Source: Nemertoderma westbladi (lineage: Eukaryota > Animalia > Xenacoelomorpha). Taken from it: a DNA stretch of 64,000 nucleotides. Position numbers and translations under genes: made by a program. The stretch is taken from positions 2,669 through 66,668 of the forward strand of contig JAUCBJ010006611.1 in the NCBI GenBank assembly GCA_032718475.1, given 5' to 3'. Shown here in pieces: positions 39,512 through 50,107 of the stretch (the stretch's first letter is position 1; each line of letters begins with the position of its first letter). The notes under the pieces are model-generated. The model searched no databases, was not told the origin of the DNA, and worked only from the letters and a program-made list of their open reading frames with translations.

Positions 39512-40073
39512 ACACGATGCCTGCCTTACTCCGCCATATGTCACCATCAGCAGTTGCCATCAACCAATCGTCGCGTAGCCTAACCTCGCGATGCCCGCCT
39601 TACTCGACTGACTGACTAACCCTAATGTTATTCACCTTTTCGCCACGTTACCACCGCTGCCACGTTACCACCACCACTGTATACTGTATATGGTGACGAC
39701 GTGGCCATCTACACGCATCACGCATATATTATATTATATTGATTGCCAACTCCACGACTGCTGTCGCCAAATCAACAAACCAACCAGTATGATACATGAA
39801 ATTCCGTCACGTTCCAGCTACGCGTATACGAGCATTAGTGATTATTATTATTATTATTACGCAATAATTTTTGTTTATACAGTAGTTCCCTACCGGCTAA
39901 TCAACCAATCAATAAACCGAATTTAGGCTATTTCTCAGTTTAAGACCAGTATTATTTTTGAAAATATCTTATATATATAATCTCTTGCTTTAATCACAAT
40001 TAATCATTTGTAATGGTTTTAGTTTAAAAGTTTTTACTTTGTTTGTTTGATTTACAATAAAATAAATTAAATA

Positions 40074-40517
40074 ATGTCTTCTGATTCCGATATGGTTATG
40101 CCAATAGTAAGGCATTCATTTTTTGCAGAAGATGGTGAAGCCTATATTGTTATTGATTATACAATTTACCGTCGGGGAGATGATACATATAAAATTGAGT
40201 TTTCTGAAAAAGCCAGGAAAGTTTTAAGCTCAATTGATATTGATGCTTCTGATAATAGTATTCATCTCTTAGATTACAACCTGAAAGTTGAGCATGAGGG
40301 AAAATTAATCAACATCTTACTATTATCCATGATAGAGGGGTTTATTGTTATTACACAATACAACGAAGCTGGTGAAAAGTTTGAAATACGGCTAAATCGG
40401 TATAGCCCCTACGAAATTATGTCTTTCTTTATTGTAATGATTTCAAAAGAATCCTTTGTCGAACCTGAAGAATCAACAGATAATGTTGAATATGTTGATA
40501 ATATCATTGATTCTTGA
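40074..40517 (+). CDS. Polinton hypothetical protein (147 aa, acidic)
   Basis: Clean ATG-stop ORF in AT-rich context; no recognised motif. Confidence 0.6.
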   Translation: MSSDSDMVMPIVRHSFFAEDGEAYIVIDYTIYRRGDDTYKIEFSEKARKVLSSIDIDASDNSIHLLDYNLKVEHEGKLINILLLSMIEGFIVITQYNEAGEKFEIRLNRYSPYEIMSFFIVMISKESFVEPEESTDNVEYVDNIIDS

Positions 40518-40703
40518 CTTTTCCCTCTATATTATAAATATTTTATGATTATTTATAAAATTTTGATGTTTTTAATTATGAAAAAACATCAAATTTTAAA
40601 TAATCGAAAATTGTAGTAGTAATTGCATATACAGTATAACAGATTTGTTTGTTGTTGTTGTGTATTGAGGTAATTATTTTCAATTTACTTTAAAATTTGG
40701 AAA

Positions 40704-41156
40704 ATGGATATTTTAAATGAAAAATGTCCAGTTTGCTATTCTAAGTTATTGCAACAACATCGAGATTATTATAAATGTGAAAATAAACATGCAACTTGCG
40801 TACAATGTATTGTACAATATTCCGAAATGAATAATTATTGTTCTAAAATTTGTCCTATTTGTCGCGCACCCATATCTAAGTTTAATATAAAGTTGGCAAG
40901 TTATCAACCCTATTATTGGAAAGAGCTTCGAAATATAACTTATACTTCTGCGGAAAGTAATGATCCAGGAGATTTATTTACAATATTGGAGAATATTTTT
41001 TATAGAAATGTAGTACGACGGTGTTGCTACTATATTCCTTATTTTTTTAGCAGCGAACATAAAAAAATCATTAGTGCGAAATTCTCGGAAAGTGATTTCC
41101 AAACCGCCGATGTTACCTATCATTATTTCGCGTATAAAGATGCTCACCATGCTTAA
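40704..41156 (+). CDS. RING-finger protein (putative E3 ligase)
   Basis: CPVC...CENKHATCVQC...CPICR C3HC4-type spacing. Confidence 0.75.
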   Translation: MDILNEKCPVCYSKLLQQHRDYYKCENKHATCVQCIVQYSEMNNYCSKICPICRAPISKFNIKLASYQPYYWKELRNITYTSAESNDPGDLFTILENIFYRNVVRRCCYYIPYFFSSEHKKIISAKFSESDFQTADVTYHYFAYKDAHHA

Positions 41157-41384
41157 AATTACATTGAAAATGAGTCTATACTATAATTGGAAATAGCACC
41201 TTTTGTTGCAGCGAGCGTCACATACTGTAGTTGTGTCATATGTTAATTAAATATACAGTACTCTAATATTGTAGTTGCATCAATTATTGTTATATACATA
41301 GTAATGGTGATGGTTTATTGATATTGATATTGATATTATATTATATTATATTGTATTGTTGATATATCTTAATAATAATAATAA

Positions 41385-42059
41385 ATGGCTGACTTTAATT
41401 CAGGTCCATATAATTTAAACTTTCAAATGGGAACGAGTATGATAATTTCTGGCCCATCTGGTTCTGGAAAATCAACGTTTGTCAGTAATTTAATTAAACA
41501 CAAGAATGGTTGTTTCAACGAAGCCCCCCTGGGAGTATTGTATTGTTACGGGAGCAATCCCCCGACTATTCCCGGTATTACTCACCTTTACAAAGGTTTG
41601 CCAGAAAATATAGATAGTTTAGTAAATAGTCGAGATTTATTAATTATAGATGATTTATTAACAGAAACTGAGTCCAGTACAGCTTTAACTGTATTGTTTA
41701 CTAAGGTAGCTCATCATTCCAATATATTTATTTGTTTTATAACGCAAAACATGTTTTACGGTGGGAAGCATAACCGCACAAGATCAATTAATAGCCATAC
41801 CTTAGTATTAATGAAAAATCCGCGAGACAGTCTATCGGTTTTAAATTTCGCAAAGCAGATGTTACCAGGGCAGACCAAATTTTTAGTAGATTCCTATCAA
41901 GATGCGACAATTGAACCATTTTCGCATTTCTTAATTGATTTACGACAGGAAACACCCGAACATTTAAGATTTAGATCGGATATATTTCGTAATCATAATT
42001 GTTACATTAAAAATTACATTGACTATAAACGTAGCGAAAATAATAATAATGATAAATAA
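41385..42059 (+). CDS. Packaging ATPase (A32/FtsK-HerA-like)
   Basis: Walker A GPSGSGKS, Walker B LLIIDD, HH..I..ITQN, KNPRD. Confidence 0.92.
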   Translation: MADFNSGPYNLNFQMGTSMIISGPSGSGKSTFVSNLIKHKNGCFNEAPLGVLYCYGSNPPTIPGITHLYKGLPENIDSLVNSRDLLIIDDLLTETESSTALTVLFTKVAHHSNIFICFITQNMFYGGKHNRTRSINSHTLVLMKNPRDSLSVLNFAKQMLPGQTKFLVDSYQDATIEPFSHFLIDLRQETPEHLRFRSDIFRNHNCYIKNYIDYKRSENNNNDK

Positions 42060-42096
42060 TTAATATTTTGTAACAATTTTCAATAATGTTGCAACA

Positions 42097-42480
42097 ATGA
42101 ATAGACTTGTGCAGAAATATCGTAACGAACTGGAATTTCTACGCAGCGCTACCCCTCAACAAAGAACTTATTTTATTAACCATACCGCGAGTAACGAATT
42201 AATACGGCTCATTGTAAATACTGCATTAAATGTTCTAAAAGGTAACGTACAATTAACCCCTCATTCATTTAGAAATATTCGCCGCTATAAGAAGGTATTG
42301 AAATCACTCAACCGTAAAACAAAAAATATATCAAGTTACAGAAAAAAGTTAAGCAATCAATCTGGAGGTATACTACCGTTTCTAATACCCTTACTCGGCA
42401 TTGGTGCGAAACTTGCTGCGAGTGCTGGTGCCGCCGCCGCTGGAGCAGCTATTGCGAAAAAAATTAACCGTGGACGGTAA
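42097..42480 (+). CDS. Basic virion core protein with adenovirus pX-like C-terminus
   Basis: QSGGILPFLIPLLGIGA resembles adenoviral pX GGILPLLIPLIAAAIGA. Confidence 0.7.
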   Translation: MNRLVQKYRNELEFLRSATPQQRTYFINHTASNELIRLIVNTALNVLKGNVQLTPHSFRNIRRYKKVLKSLNRKTKNISSYRKKLSNQSGGILPFLIPLLGIGAKLAASAGAAAAGAAIAKKINRGR

Positions 42481-42482
42481 TA

Positions 42483-42653
42483 ATGGTTAAAACGGGAGTA
42501 ACATTTAGAAAATTATATTTAGTATCGAGTAAACCGTTAGCTACTGATTTAAAACCACAAGATATACCTAGAGTAAATACTACAAAAAGAAAACCCTTTA
42601 AAACATCAACTTCAAAGAAAATAATTAAAAAATTTCAGTTGTTCTTACGGTGA
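42483..42653 (+). CDS. Small basic hypothetical protein (56 aa)
   Basis: MVKTGVTFRKLYLVS...; fills the gap between packed genes; below the ORF-track cutoff. Confidence 0.4.
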   Translation: MVKTGVTFRKLYLVSSKPLATDLKPQDIPRVNTTKRKPFKTSTSKKIIKKFQLFLR

Positions 42654-42703
42654 GATTTGAATAAGAGATTTGAATATACATATTACTTGCGGTTGTCGAA
42701 AAG

Positions 42704-43792
42704 ATGCCACGCAAGATGAAACCGATTTTAAGCCGAAGCTTAGACAAAAAACTGTTAAGAATTTATTTAGATCCATCATCCCCTGCGGGTTTTGCAAGTA
42801 TTGCAAAATTAGCAAAAGCTGCAAACATCAAACCAGCACAAGCCCAGAAATGGTTGAGCAGGCAAAAGACATACACCCTTCACGCTCCACGTAGACATCA
42901 TTATCCAACATCTAAAATATTTACGGGAGGCTTAAAAGATATATATATGATAGATCTGGTGGATATGCAGCAATATAAATCGCAAAATAATAATTATAAC
43001 TATATATTAACATGTATTGATGCCTTTAGCAGGCTTGCTTTTGCCTATGGTATGAAAACAAAAAAGGGTATTGAAATTATTAGTATATTGCAAAAAATAC
43101 TCCAGAAAGGAAAACCAAACAGAATCGCGACTGATCAAGGGTCTGAGTTTCTAAATAAATCTGTAAGAAAATATTTAGATACGTTAGGTATACAGTATTA
43201 CGTAATGTATTCTGTGAATAAGGCGGCTATTATCGAGAGATTCAATAGAACATTAAAAACAAAGATGTTCAAAATTTTCACGCAACGGGGAAATAATGTT
43301 TGGATTAAAATTTTACCAAAGCTCATTTATGCTTATAATAGGTCATATCATAGGACAATACAAATGACACCTATTGAAGTTAATAAATTTAATGAAACTG
43401 AATTAATGAATAGATTATATGGGAAATATAGACAGATTAATCACAAGAAAATAAAATTTAAAGTTGGAGATACAGTACGATTATCTATCGCTCGTACTGC
43501 TTTTGCTAAAGGCTATCGAGAACAATGGACACGTGAATTATTTATTATTCATCGTGTCAGGTTGGATAGAGTACCAGCGGTAATGTTCGATATTAAGGAC
43601 AGCGCTGGAGCTATAATAAATGGCTCATTTTATTCATACGAACTCCAAAAGGTCCACCCGAATAGTAATATTTATCTACCAATTGACAAAAATATTGGCA
43701 AACTTAAAGAACGTGTACGCAATGGGAAGAAAGAATATTTAGTCCGATTCATCGGATCCAAGAAACAGTCGTGGGTACAGCATATTCAATAA
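42704..43792 (+). CDS. Retroviral-like (rve) integrase with C-terminal chromodomain-like tail
   Basis: IDLVDM, IDAFSR, TDQGSEF, KAAIIERFNRTLK; GKKEYLVRFIG...SWV. Confidence 0.93.
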   Translation: MPRKMKPILSRSLDKKLLRIYLDPSSPAGFASIAKLAKAANIKPAQAQKWLSRQKTYTLHAPRRHHYPTSKIFTGGLKDIYMIDLVDMQQYKSQNNNYNYILTCIDAFSRLAFAYGMKTKKGIEIISILQKILQKGKPNRIATDQGSEFLNKSVRKYLDTLGIQYYVMYSVNKAAIIERFNRTLKTKMFKIFTQRGNNVWIKILPKLIYAYNRSYHRTIQMTPIEVNKFNETELMNRLYGKYRQINHKKIKFKVGDTVRLSIARTAFAKGYREQWTRELFIIHRVRLDRVPAVMFDIKDSAGAIINGSFYSYELQKVHPNSNIYLPIDKNIGKLKERVRNGKKEYLVRFIGSKKQSWVQHIQ

Positions 43793-44041
43793 GCTTAGGT
43801 TTATACTGTATATTAATTCATTTTGGTTGCATATGTCCGTAATTAATCAATATTAACTCGAATGATATTACTATATCTATAGTTCATCCGCTTTAAATAA
43901 AGCCAGTAAAATATTGATCCCTCACATATATTGTAGAAGCGACAATGAACGTGGTCACAGATGTCTATAATTTAACATTATACTGTACTGTATGTACAAT
44001 GGAGTCAAGTAGAGAGAGAGAGAGCTTAAATAATAATAATA

Positions 44042-44914
44042 ATGGCCACAGATACATATATCACTCTACTTTCAGATAGCTCATTAAACACTTACCCCAA
44101 TAATAATCCTAGTGAGTTTACTGTTGATTTAGCCGAAGAATTATATATTGGTCCAAACGCTAAAATTGGTTTGGCTGAGCTTCAATACCAAGCAACATAC
44201 AGTAATATTACACTGCAAACTCAAATCTCGCTGTCAATCGGGGTAGATGCAAAAGATGCCAAATTATATAGTTTATTTCCTGGTATGCATAGCTCTATTC
44301 AAGTGATTATTGATGATATAAATAAACTGTTTAATTCTGAAGCGAAATATAGAGATTTCGAATTCATTTTTAATACAAATAATTCTAGAATTAAATTTAA
44401 ATTTCCTAAAAAGTTGAAAAAAATACAATTAAGTCTACGTGGTGATTTAATACAAATTCTAGGCTTAAAACCGTTATTGGATCAGAATCATCCAGGTATT
44501 CCAAATTGGGATATATACAGTACCACTACAGTAGATGAATTAAGCAATATAGAACAACCGATATTAATTTTAAATTATAGCGGACCAAAAATTTCGGAAA
44601 TTGGCATTTTAGATTTTCCAGCTCCCACGAATATAACACGTAATAAAGATACAATTTTTATATATACTGATATTATTAAGAGCTCATTTGTTGGTGACGC
44701 TTTAGCTCCGCTCTTAAGAACCTGCCCTTTAAAGCAATTAAATCGAAAATATATTAATCACGAATACGAGAGTATTTGCTATTACCCATTGTTGAATAAA
44801 AAACTAAAAACAATCTTAATTACTTTACGTGACGGACAAGGCGAATTAATTAATTTTAGCGGAGGTCGCACTGTTATAACACTTAAGTTAATACGGGGTG
44901 GCGGTGATGGATGA
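44042..44914 (+). CDS. Minor capsid (penton-like) protein 1
   Basis: YITLLSDSS..YPNNNPSEFTVDL...IGLAEL; IFIYTDII...GDALAPLLR; F.GG..VITL, typical of the Polinton penton. Confidence 0.8.
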   Translation: MATDTYITLLSDSSLNTYPNNNPSEFTVDLAEELYIGPNAKIGLAELQYQATYSNITLQTQISLSIGVDAKDAKLYSLFPGMHSSIQVIIDDINKLFNSEAKYRDFEFIFNTNNSRIKFKFPKKLKKIQLSLRGDLIQILGLKPLLDQNHPGIPNWDIYSTTTVDELSNIEQPILILNYSGPKISEIGILDFPAPTNITRNKDTIFIYTDIIKSSFVGDALAPLLRTCPLKQLNRKYINHEYESICYYPLLNKKLKTILITLRDGQGELINFSGGRTVITLKLIRGGGDG

Positions 44915-45751
44915 ATTCTACGTAAGACTACCGAGTAACTCCTGTCCAGTTGATTTTCCGCGTAATTCTGCTAGTAGTTATCAGATCAATTTCCATGGCG
45001 CCTTACCTATAAACCCAAACGAAAACTGGGTGGTAGGTATAAAAAGTATATTTTACTTAGCAATGTTGCCGTCCATGTATAACAATGTAGAGAATGTTAT
45101 TTTATTAAAAAAAGGGAAAAAAAATTTTGAGGATACACTTCCATCCGGTTTGTTCTACAGTATCAATGACATTATAGATTATTTTAACACGGGGGCGTTG
45201 AAAGATAAATTACAAACAGTTGAAAATACTCAGCAAAATAGGTTGCAATTTATTTTAGGGAAAACTGTGCGAGAGTTATTTATAGGTCAACAATTAGCCT
45301 ATTATTTTGGAATTACTGAAAATAATCTCTGCGCGAATTTAAATCCAAATTTTAAAATTATTTTGAAGACGAAAAATAATATAAAGGGTTATTTAATAAA
45401 GGTTATCGGAAATGGAGAAAAAGCTTACCAGATGGTATTTTTATGCCCTCAACCACCCAATTCTATTCCAGAACCTAAGTCGAACATGTACGTGACTACT
45501 AATATAATTGAAAATCAATATATTAATGACTTGGTTTAGCTTTACTTCGTCGTGTTGCGATACCTGATGACGTGAAATATGGTAGCGTAATAAATAAAGA
45601 ATTTGTCAAGGATACAATTCATTATATCCCTGTAAAAAAATCATATAAGATAACATACATTCATATTGAAATAACAGACAAAGAAGGAAAAGATTTGAAT
45701 TTTGAATATGGGACAACATCTATTACATTACACTTTAAACGAATAAATTAA
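44907..45751 (+). pseudogene. Minor capsid (penton-like) protein 2, frameshifted near 45537
   Basis: FYVRLPSNS...WVVGIKSI; MYVTTNII; continues in a shifted frame as LLRRV...HYIPV...LNFEYGTTSITLHFKRIN*. Confidence 0.75.
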
Positions 45752-45752
45752 A

Positions 45753-46319
45753 ATGGATTCTGATTTATTTCAAAGATACAGTAAACCTCAATATGGTGGT
45801 GCAGACTCTAATCTTGCTGTTTTTAAAGGTGGTAGAAGTACGAGAGGCTCGACGCAAGTTCCTGTTTTTCGAGGTGGTTCATATATTGACCCTTACGGTC
45901 AACAAATTGGTGCATTTGGTCCAAACTTAAAACAACGTCGTTTTCAACGTTATCGTAGAGGTATGTCGCAAACAAATCAACACGGAGAAGGTATATTTAC
46001 AGACGCTTTATCGACATTGAAAAAATTTGGTAAGCCATTAGCTAAAAAAGTTTTACAAAAAGCTTTACCATTTACCACAAAATTTATGAGACAACACGTA
46101 ATACCAAAAGGTAAGCGGGTCTTACATCAGCAGGCTAATACGGTTATTAATAAAGCATTAAATAAAATGAAACCGTCAACAAGGTCAGTTGTAGAAAAAG
46201 TTTATAGAGATTTAAAGCGACCTGCTAGACCAATGTCTTTGAACATACATCATCGTCGTAGTAAAAATAGAAAAATAAAAAAAGGCAAACTGAAACACTG
46301 CGAAAAAAGTATTTTTTAA
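45753..46319 (+). CDS. Basic core-like protein with repeated xxGG motifs
   Basis: Arg/Lys-rich; QYGG, FKGG, FRGG, QHGEGIF; lies directly upstream of the MCP. Confidence 0.7.
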   Translation: MDSDLFQRYSKPQYGGADSNLAVFKGGRSTRGSTQVPVFRGGSYIDPYGQQIGAFGPNLKQRRFQRYRRGMSQTNQHGEGIFTDALSTLKKFGKPLAKKVLQKALPFTTKFMRQHVIPKGKRVLHQQANTVINKALNKMKPSTRSVVEKVYRDLKRPARPMSLNIHHRRSKNRKIKKGKLKHCEKSIF

Positions 46320-46321
46320 TA

Positions 46322-47581
46322 ATGTCAATTATTAAGGAATTAGATTTATTTTCTACACAGCCAATACAGACTGAATTTAAAGCAAAGCATTATGAAACAA
46401 TTTACCCCGTATCTAATCTCAGAAGTGAGTCTAGGGAAGTCACGTTCCTTGTACCGAGATCCAATGAATTCTATACGAAACTGCAAGATGCGTTATTAAT
46501 TACAAAATGTACTGTACGGTGGGATAGACAACTTGAAAACTCTCATATATATATGTTGAATTACCCTTCTGGGACTATGTGGAGTGATATTAAAATAGAC
46601 CTTAATGAGAAGCAGGTTGAAAATAGCAATAACCATTATTTCTACAAGTCGTACTTATCCAATTTATTATTTACAACTTATGAGGATAAAAATGGGCTAC
46701 TGGGTGCGGGTGGCTTTCATCAGCCTTTATCTGAACACGGAAATGAAATTGATCCCGGTGCGCATCCTATTGGCGATGCCTTTAGTAAACAAATGCAATT
46801 TGTAAGTGGATTGACGATTGATTTTGATACTGAAACTAAAATAATACAACCCGGGTATGATTTAAGAATGCATTTTAGAAAAGTATCAAATTCGTTTATT
46901 TTTAAAATCACTCCAAACGCAAACGCAGTGACAAATCTTCGGCTAGAATTAGATGAAGTAAAGATCCTAATCCCTAGAATGGAGGTTAATCCGGTAATAG
47001 AAAGCAGTCACCTAAAAGGTTTAGAGAGTTACGATATTGAATATCAATTCCAAAAAAAGGAGGTTACAACATTTACTATTCCCGCTCAAACCACAAATTA
47101 CACCCAAACAAACATATTTGATGGTAAAAAACCCAAATTAGTTATTATCGGCTTCATAACAAATAACGCTTATTCGGGAGAATTAATTAGCAATCCCTTG
47201 AAATTTGAACATTTTAACCTTAGACGCGCGGAACTGATTGTAGACGGTCTTCCAGTAGGTGGTGTAATATATGAGCCTAATTTTACAGATGGAACATATA
47301 TTTTTGAGTATACTCAATTAATGAAGAACATTAATACATATATTAACGGTTATGGAGGTAATAATATAGACCATGAAACCTACTTAGGTAATTGCCCCCT
47401 CCTATCCTGGGACCTAACCGCCGACGGCTATGTTAGAGATCCGCAACCGTCGATATATACTAATGGCCAATTAAAATTAAGATTTGCCGAACCGTTGGTT
47501 GAAACCATAAATGTAATCGTTTTTAATATTTATGATCAATCATTAAGTTTAAATAGCAGGAAAGAAATACATATCGATTAA
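46322..47581 (+). CDS. Major capsid protein (double jelly-roll)
   Basis: ELDLFSTQPIQT, YxYKSYLxxLL, GKKPKLVIIGF, NPLKFEHFNL, WDLT, LRFAEPL motifs of Polinton MCP. Confidence 0.88.
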   Translation: MSIIKELDLFSTQPIQTEFKAKHYETIYPVSNLRSESREVTFLVPRSNEFYTKLQDALLITKCTVRWDRQLENSHIYMLNYPSGTMWSDIKIDLNEKQVENSNNHYFYKSYLSNLLFTTYEDKNGLLGAGGFHQPLSEHGNEIDPGAHPIGDAFSKQMQFVSGLTIDFDTETKIIQPGYDLRMHFRKVSNSFIFKITPNANAVTNLRLELDEVKILIPRMEVNPVIESSHLKGLESYDIEYQFQKKEVTTFTIPAQTTNYTQTNIFDGKKPKLVIIGFITNNAYSGELISNPLKFEHFNLRRAELIVDGLPVGGVIYEPNFTDGTYIFEYTQLMKNINTYINGYGGNNIDHETYLGNCPLLSWDLTADGYVRDPQPSIYTNGQLKLRFAEPLVETINVIVFNIYDQSLSLNSRKEIHID

Positions 47582-47583
47582 GT

Positions 47584-48036
47584 ATGTTATCTACAGAGGA
47601 CCTTGATATGTTTCCAGTGGGTGGTCACTATTTGGGAGCGTTTCCAGCTAATAAATTACCTAAATTAGATAATAATAAGCGGAGAGATTATGGGTTAATA
47701 GTAAATACCGATAAAGAGCATCTGCCCGGGATTCATTGGATCGCAATATATATACGAGATAATGAGGCTGAATTATTTGATTCATTCGGATCAAAATATC
47801 CAAACAGATGTATCGAAAAATGGCTTGAGAAAAATTCCGCAAGATGGCGTACTACTCGCAAACAATTTCGAGACCCAAGGAGGACCACATGCGGCCTATA
47901 CTGTCTTTATTATTTGGTAAATCGAATTCACACAAACTATCCAATGAGTGCGTTTACAAATAATGTGGAAATAAATGAAATAATATTATATAAATGGCTT
48001 ATTAATTATTATAAAATAAACCAACAAGCGTTGTAA
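47584..48036 (+). CDS. Adenain-like cysteine maturation protease
   Basis: NTD...PGIHWIA, FDSFG, Q...CGLYCLYYL (His/Asp/Cys triad order). Confidence 0.9.
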   Translation: MLSTEDLDMFPVGGHYLGAFPANKLPKLDNNKRRDYGLIVNTDKEHLPGIHWIAIYIRDNEAELFDSFGSKYPNRCIEKWLEKNSARWRTTRKQFRDPRRTTCGLYCLYYLVNRIHTNYPMSAFTNNVEINEIILYKWLINYYKINQQAL

Positions 48037-48067
48037 TTAATCATTTAGCTTTTGTTTATCAGATAAA

Positions 48068-48670
48068 ATGGATAATATTATTTTTGTTGATTTTCAATAT
48101 TATAAGATAGACAATAAAGAGTATCCGGTAGTATTTAAAGAATTTGCTATATTCGATTCTAATTACACCAAAACTAATGTAAAGACGTTTTTAATTAAAG
48201 GCCCACCTAATATTAAGTTATCAGCCTTAGATGTAGCTCACGTAAACAATTTACGAGACATGACTTCGCATTTACCTTGGGATTACGGCGACTTTTCGCA
48301 AGATGACTTTAAAAAATACATGAAGAGACATTTAAAATATAAAAAAAATATACATGTATTTGGGTTGATGAAGCGGGCAATATTAGTTTCCCAACTTGAT
48401 GTTCTCGCACCAAATTCGATGGAGAAATTGTGGATATATCATCAGCAATATTACAATTATTTAACCCCCTGTCGCTTCCACGATCAATTTATTGCACTAG
48501 AAAATAAATGTGCGTTCCACTTAAACACAAAGGATAACTGTCTGCGGTATTGCTCAGCAAAACAGGTCGGTGGGTTTGAATTGAAACGATTTTTCGTGAG
48601 AAAGCGTTTAACTGCGACTGATGATGATGATAAACAGAAAGAAATAACTGTGGTGGAAGATGTACTGTAG
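48068..48670 (+). CDS. Polinton accessory protein, possibly a derived DnaQ-like fold with C-terminal Cys/His cluster
   Basis: IIFVDFQ...FKEFAI, LPWDYG, CRFH...CAFH...C...CS. Confidence 0.55.
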   Translation: MDNIIFVDFQYYKIDNKEYPVVFKEFAIFDSNYTKTNVKTFLIKGPPNIKLSALDVAHVNNLRDMTSHLPWDYGDFSQDDFKKYMKRHLKYKKNIHVFGLMKRAILVSQLDVLAPNSMEKLWIYHQQYYNYLTPCRFHDQFIALENKCAFHLNTKDNCLRYCSAKQVGGFELKRFFVRKRLTATDDDDKQKEITVVEDVL

Positions 48671-49699
48671 GTTTACTCTAAGCATGTAATGTGATGGGAT
48701 AATATAATTGTTTTAATGTCAATAAAAATAATAAAAACATTAAAATCTATTTTTTAATATCTCAGTTTGACTGAAGGTGTAGGGCTTAAGTTTACACTCA
48801 CAAACACACCGCACCTACCGGTAGCCGGCTGTTGTATCAGAGTTTAACTACCAGCAGCTAGCTGATTTTACTACATATACCAAAAACGCTAAACTGTAGA
48901 ACGGCAGAATGGCCCCGACAGCAACCATAGCGCTTTAGCGTTACCGTACTTACTAATAATAAAATTAAATTAACTTGACATGTGGGGTTCGTGAATGCAG
49001 CATTAGAGGAGGCCCACCTAACAATAGGCCTACTGGTACCGGCACCGTAGCACTCTTGTAACTGTATACTTGGATAGAGCAAGGGCATGCTGGTTTCTTT
49101 GATTTAAGGATTAGGCTATTACACTTGAATGCTTCCAATTTTCTGTTTACAAATTTAATTGGTCTAATCTACATTACTGCGGGCTACTACTGTTGCATAG
49201 GTAAGCCTATACAGCTATAGTTAACTTTATGCGGCCCCCCCTTTTCGAATGTTGACCCAATATGCTTTACGGTTAACCTTTAGAACACACGGATAGGCCC
49301 ACCTTCATTCGTTAGGCATATAGGCCTAATGACTACTCCTCAACTGAAAGCCACCTACCACATTGATACAATAGGTATGGTTAGGCGTCGGTAGCGCTAT
49401 AGGCCCTATAAAATCCCCTCGCACTCTGTTACTCTAGCTGATACAATAGGTGTGGTTTGAGGTATAACTATATAAAATCCACCACATTCTCTGGTTACTA
49501 ACATTCACTCTATGTTAACGATCCTATATAAAACATAGTTAGTTAGTTTATTTTATTTATTTATGCGTCCGCTTTTTAAATTAAATTACATATAATATAG
49601 ACATACACAGACCGGTAACATTTAGGTCTACTTTATAAATGCAGAAATGAGTATGAGTGTACGGGTGTACAGGTGTACTAGTTAGATACCAGTATCCAT

Positions 49700-50107
49700 C
49701 TATGAAAAATATTCATGATTAGGCCTATTATTATTACAGGTAGGCATTGCTAGTTTAATTTCTTTCCAAATAGTCTCTACCGGTTCTGGTATAGTTGCAG
49801 CGGTCTCTGTTTCCCAATTCTCTTGTAGAGTTGCTGGTATTAATTCGTTTTGATTACTGGTAACTTCTTCTTCTTCTTCCGTTCCTGGATTTATTCTTAT
49901 ATTCAAAGTAAAGTTTTTTGTTGTTTCTAACTTTGTTACACCATGTTCGTGATTGATGATATTGGTAAATCCGATTTCAAATTTTTTATTAATGTATCTG
50001 ATTTCCAAATCAGATACGTTTGATGATGATACAAAAGTATCCTCACTCTCAAAATCAAACTTTATGTTGCTTTTCAACGAACGGTTGTTGATATAGGCGA
50101 AAGTCAT
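49700..50107 (-). CDS. Hypothetical protein (135 aa)
   Basis: ATG ORF with TATATATAAA ~25 nt upstream on the minus strand; no recognised motif. Confidence 0.5.
   Translation of the reverse strand: MTFAYINNRSLKSNIKFDFESEDTFVSSSNVSDLEIRYINKKFEIGFTNIINHEHGVTKLETTKNFTLNIRINPGTEEEEEVTSNQNELIPATLQENWETETAATIPEPVETIWKEIKLAMPTCNNNRPNHEYFS

Noticed and set aside
39690-39926. Similar short ORFs at 39690 (+) and 57702 (-)
   Set aside because: Similarity reflects the inner TIR; indels do not preserve a common protein.
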